NCBI RefSeq assembly: GCF_900187275.1
Contig: NZ_LT906458.1
Span: forward strand, 1,320,001 to 1,352,000
DNA: 32,000 nt
Reading direction: 5' to 3'
From: Pasteurella multocida
GTDB taxonomy: Bacteria; Pseudomonadota; Gammaproteobacteria; Enterobacterales; Pasteurellaceae
This document shows, one piece after another, positions 29,161 through 32,000 of the stretch (position 1 is the stretch's first letter; each line of letters starts with the position of its first letter). A model generated the notes under the pieces. That model ran no database searches and was not told where the DNA came from. It saw only the letters and a program-made list of their open reading frames with translations. The translations under genes were made by a program, and so were the position numbers.

Positions 29161-30615
29161 TTATTTTGCTAAGTTTGCACGAATTGCATCTGCTAATTCT
29201 TTGCTCACTTTATCAAACAAGGCTAATTGTCTTTCAACGATTGCACTGTCTGTCACACCAGATAAACCGGCTGCGAAGTTTGCTGCCACACGTGCTTTTT
29301 GATCCGCATCGAATAAGTTGTAAAGTGCGGCAGGTTGTGTGTAGTAGTCTTCATCATACTCACGGAAGTTAAAGTGTGCTGCTGAACGTTCTAACTCTAA
29401 TGCAGGCTCTTGTTGGTGAGTCGGCACATAAGTATCAAAACGGTTCGGTGCATAGTTAGGGTGTGTACCACCATTGTTATCTACACGCATTGCGCCATCA
29501 CGGTGAGTGGTGTGGTATGGGCATTTTGGTGCGTTCACTGGGATTTGGTGATGGTTAACCCCTAAACGGTAACGTTGTGCGTCTTGGTATGAGAAAAGAC
29601 GACCTTGTAACATACGGTCTGGTGAGAAACCAATTCCCGGTACGATGTTAGAAGGTGCAAACGCAGCTTGTTCCACTTCTGCGAAGTAGTTAATTGGGTT
29701 TTGGTTTAACTCTAATACACCCACTTCGATCATCGGATAATCTTTGTGTGGCCATACTTTAGTTAAGTCAAACGCATAGTTATGTTTGTGTGCATCTGCT
29801 TCTGGCATGATTTGCACTTGAACATTCCAACGTGGGAATTCGCCACGCTCAATCGCTTCGTATAAATCTTGTTGGCTTGACTCACGGTTTTCACCCACCA
29901 CTTTAGCCGCTTCTTCATTAGTATAGAATTTGTGACCTTGTTGTGTTTTGAAGTGGAATTTCACCCAGAAACGCTCATTTTGTGCGTTAATAAAGCTATA
30001 TGTATGGCTACCGTAACCGTTCATATGACGTAAGTCAGTTGGAATACCACGATCACTGAAAAGAATCATGATTTGGTGTAATGATTCAGGGTGACGTGAC
30101 CAGAAATCCCATGCCGCGTTCGCATCACGCAAGTTAGTTTGTGGATTACGTTTTTGCGTATGAATGAAATCTGGGAATTTCAATGGATCACGGATAAAGA
30201 AGACTGGTGTGTTGTTACCCACTAAGTCCCAGTTACCTTGTTCAGTGTAGAATTTTAATGCGAAACCACGCACATCACGCTCAGCGTCTGCCGCACCGCG
30301 CTCACCCGCTACTGTTGAGAAACGTAATAAGACTTGTGTTTGTTTACCGATACCATTGAATAAATCCGCTTTAGTGTATTTGCTGATATCGTGTGTCACA
30401 GTGAATGTACCGTACGCTGCTGAACCTTTTGCATGAACAACACGCTCAGGAATACGCTCACGTGCAAAGTGTGCTAATTTCTCTTGGAACCAAACATCTT
30501 GTAAAAGTAATGGACCTTTAGGACCCGCAGACATGGTGTTGTCGTTTTCAACAATAGGTGCACCAGCTGCATTCGTTAAGGTTTTTGAACCATGGTCAAA
30601 TGGGCATTTAGACAT
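29161..30615 (-). CDS. katA: Monofunctional heme catalase (small-subunit, clade 3)
   Basis: 484 aa. [20 protein letters not shown] carries the distal His, and [12 protein letters not shown] and [14 protein letters not shown] carry the proximal Tyr context. The symbol follows Proteus/Neisseria/Aggregatibacter usage; the sequence looks less like H. influenzae HktE. Confidence 0.95.
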   Translation of the reverse strand: MSKCPFDHGSKTLTNAAGAPIVENDNTMSAGPKGPLLLQDVWFQEKLAHFARERIPERVVHAKGSAAYGTFTVTHDISKYTKADLFNGIGKQTQVLLRFSTVAGERGAADAERDVRGFALKFYTEQGNWDLVGNNTPVFFIRDPLKFPDFIHTQKRNPQTNLRDANAAWDFWSRHPESLHQIMILFSDRGIPTDLRHMNGYGSHTYSFINAQNERFWVKFHFKTQQGHKFYTNEEAAKVVGENRESSQQDLYEAIERGEFPRWNVQVQIMPEADAHKHNYAFDLTKVWPHKDYPMIEVGVLELNQNPINYFAEVEQAAFAPSNIVPGIGFSPDRMLQGRLFSYQDAQRYRLGVNHHQIPVNAPKCPYHTTHRDGAMRVDNNGGTHPNYAPNRFDTYVPTHQQEPALELERSAAHFNFREYDEDYYTQPAALYNLFDADQKARVAANFAAGLSGVTDSAIVERQLALFDKVSKELADAIRANLAK

Positions 30616-30717
30616 AATAAAATTCCTCTCAAATAATAGAAATCGAAGATTCTGAATTTATGAACGGGATACTCCATTAGCGAGTAAATATCACTAGCTG
30701 AGTACCTTGTGGGCTCC

Positions 30718-30761
30718 ATTATATTTAGAAAAAAAACACTCGCAATCTATTATTTTGATAG
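30718..30761 (-). promoter_or_regulatory. Putative catalase promoter with an adjacent OxyR-like half-site
   Basis: On the minus strand: TTGCGA (30745..30740), 16-nt spacer containing T8 (30736..30729), TATAAT (30723..30718). Immediately upstream is CTAT-N7-ATAG (30747-30761), the central element of the OxyR motif ATAGnTnnnAnCTATnnnnnnnATAGnTnnnAnCTAT. The outer tetrads are poorly matched. Confidence 0.4.
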
Positions 30762-31548
30762 AGAAAAGTAATTAAAAAGGAAATAACAAACAACGTAATA
30801 AATAAAACCTATTATGTGTAAACAAGTAAAACAGCACTGTCCTATCAAAGCTCAGACAGTTATTCACATAGCGTTCATTTTCGCGCAATAGCGACGGTTT
30901 TACCTATCACTCCTTTTCATACGGATTGCGTGGTGGTTAGTAGGAAATGTACTCCGTTATCCTATTAGCTGTCATTGTTTATACAAAATAAAGTAAACAA
31001 TGTGCTTGCTATAATATAAATAATCAAGAATACATTTAACCTATTTGGAAATAAAAATGGGCAAGCTATATAACAGAGAATATAGATTACAAAAATAAAT
31101 ACTTATTTTGCAGAACCAAGTGAAAACAAATATCATTATTTATGATAATGTTATTTTAAAGAAAGAAAATATTGCAATGAATGCACTATAACATTAAATA
31201 TCAAGGAAAGGAAAAGAAATAAAAATAGACATCACTGAAAAAGCAGATTTCTCTCTTTTTCTAAACAAATTTTCTCCGCAGCTATCACATTTCATCACAT
31301 CAGGTGTTATTTCGTTGTACTATCAGTATTACTCCTAACAATATCACTGCATAACAGGTTTCGCTATTTTTTATATGAGTGAATTCAGCTTGGAAAATAA
31401 TATTTCAACACATTGGATAAGCTGAAAAATAGCAAGATTAACTTATAAGGATACCTATTTCGATAGGTTTTACCTAACACAAAAAAATGCCAACGTGAAA
31501 TATTTTCTTGCGTAAAAGGCGCTTTACTCAGCTTATGAAGAAGTAAAA

Positions 31549-32000
31549 TCAGTTGTCGTCAACTAATGCCATAGCACAAGCATAAGCCGAACTCCATGCC
31601 CATTGAAAATTATAACCGCCTAACCAGCCAGTGACATCGAGCACTTCACCAATAAAATACAAGCCTTTTACGCTTTGTGCTTCCATGGTTTTCGACGAAA
31701 CAGCACGGGTATCCACCCCCCCCATAGTGACTTCCGCAGTACGATAACCTTCCGTCCCATTCGGTAAAAATTGCCAATGATGGATCAAATCGCTTAATTG
31801 CTGTAAACGGACTTTGCTGAGTTGTGCAATCGGCTCGTCTTGAATGAGTTGTTGTTCGCTCCAAACTTCGACTAATTTTTTAGGCAAGACTCTTGCTAAT
31901 GCATTTTTAAGCTGTAATTTAGGTGAAGTGGTACGTAATTGCTGCAAAAATTCCGCAATATCTTGAGGCAATAAATTAATCTCCACGGATTCGTTCGGTT
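31549..32000 (-). CDS. HI0933-like / YhiN-family flavoprotein. C-terminal ~150 codons only; the 5' end lies outside the window.
   Basis: The reading frame stays open to the window edge, so the track M at 31986 is an internal GTG. The C-terminus GYRTAEVTMGGVDTRAVSSKTMEAQSVKGLYFIGEVLDVTGWLGGYNFQWAWSSAYACA is characteristic of this family. Confidence 0.8.
   Translation of the reverse strand, partial: PNESVEINLLPQDIAEFLQQLRTTSPKLQLKNALARVLPKKLVEVWSEQQLIQDEPIAQLSKVRLQQLSDLIHHWQFLPNGTEGYRTAEVTMGGVDTRAVSSKTMEAQSVKGLYFIGEVLDVTGWLGGYNFQWAWSSAYACAMALVDDN

Noticed and set aside
30947-30991. 14-codon hydrophobic peptide MYSVILLAVIVYTK in the AT-rich region, as a possible type I toxin or leader peptide
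   Set aside because: It is too short to span a membrane, the SD-like AGGA sits only 1-2 nt from the ATG, and no antisense RNA features are evident. It may be a chance ORF in AT-rich DNA.
31003-31030. dif-like sequence (GTGCTTGCTATAATATAAATAATCAAG) as a XerCD site
   Set aside because: The XerD arm TTATGTTAAAT is absent and the XerC arm matches poorly. The resemblance is limited to AT-rich central bases.
31194-31295. 33-codon minus-strand ORF MKCDSCGENLFRKREKSAFSVMSIFISFPFLDI in the AT-rich region
   Set aside because: It has no ribosome-binding site and no recognisable family. An ORF of this length is expected by chance, so I kept it only as a possible pseudogene fragment.
30616-31548. The AT-rich region as an insertion sequence, prophage remnant or CRISPR leader/array
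   Set aside because: There is no transposase or integrase coding potential, no terminal inverted repeats and no regularly spaced repeats. Only the single 15-nt direct repeat pair is present, which I reported as a finding instead.

Overview
The window looks like ordinary chromosomal core DNA from a Pasteurellaceae genome. The perfect Haemophilus-type uptake signal core AAGTGCGGT/ACCGCACTT occurs 13 times in 32 kb, against about 0.25 expected by chance, and gene content and synteny fit that family. I support 23 conserved protein genes: menD (partial), menF, alaA, fbpABC, fadR, nhaB, dsbB, mltF, a MarC-family gene, gdhA, a hutZ-like gene, a YddA-like ABC half-transporter, a TonB-dependent receptor, a secreted MBL-fold hydrolase, yafJ-like, sdaC, sdaA, a DUF1287 gene, dnaE, a catalase and a partial HI0933-like flavoprotein. 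There is also one unlisted 48-codon ORF. I found no tRNA, rRNA, CRISPR array, transposase, integrase, phage gene or recognisable defence island. The best candidate for an undescribed system is a Fur-box-controlled cluster at 15.2-21.0 kb. It has a heme-degrading HutZ-like protein, a binding-protein-less exporter-fold ABC, a diverged heme-type TonB-dependent receptor and, after a terminator, a secreted metallo-hydrolase. This resembles E. coli yddA-yddB-pqqL with the protease swapped out. Other items worth a look are an in-frame hexanucleotide repeat giving a (His-Gly)7 tail on HutZ, the very basic small ORF coupled to mltF, and about 0.8 kb of AT-rich ORF-free DNA beyond the catalase promoter, bracketed by a 15-nt direct repeat. 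All functional calls rest on recall of protein families and by-eye motif reading; no searches were run.
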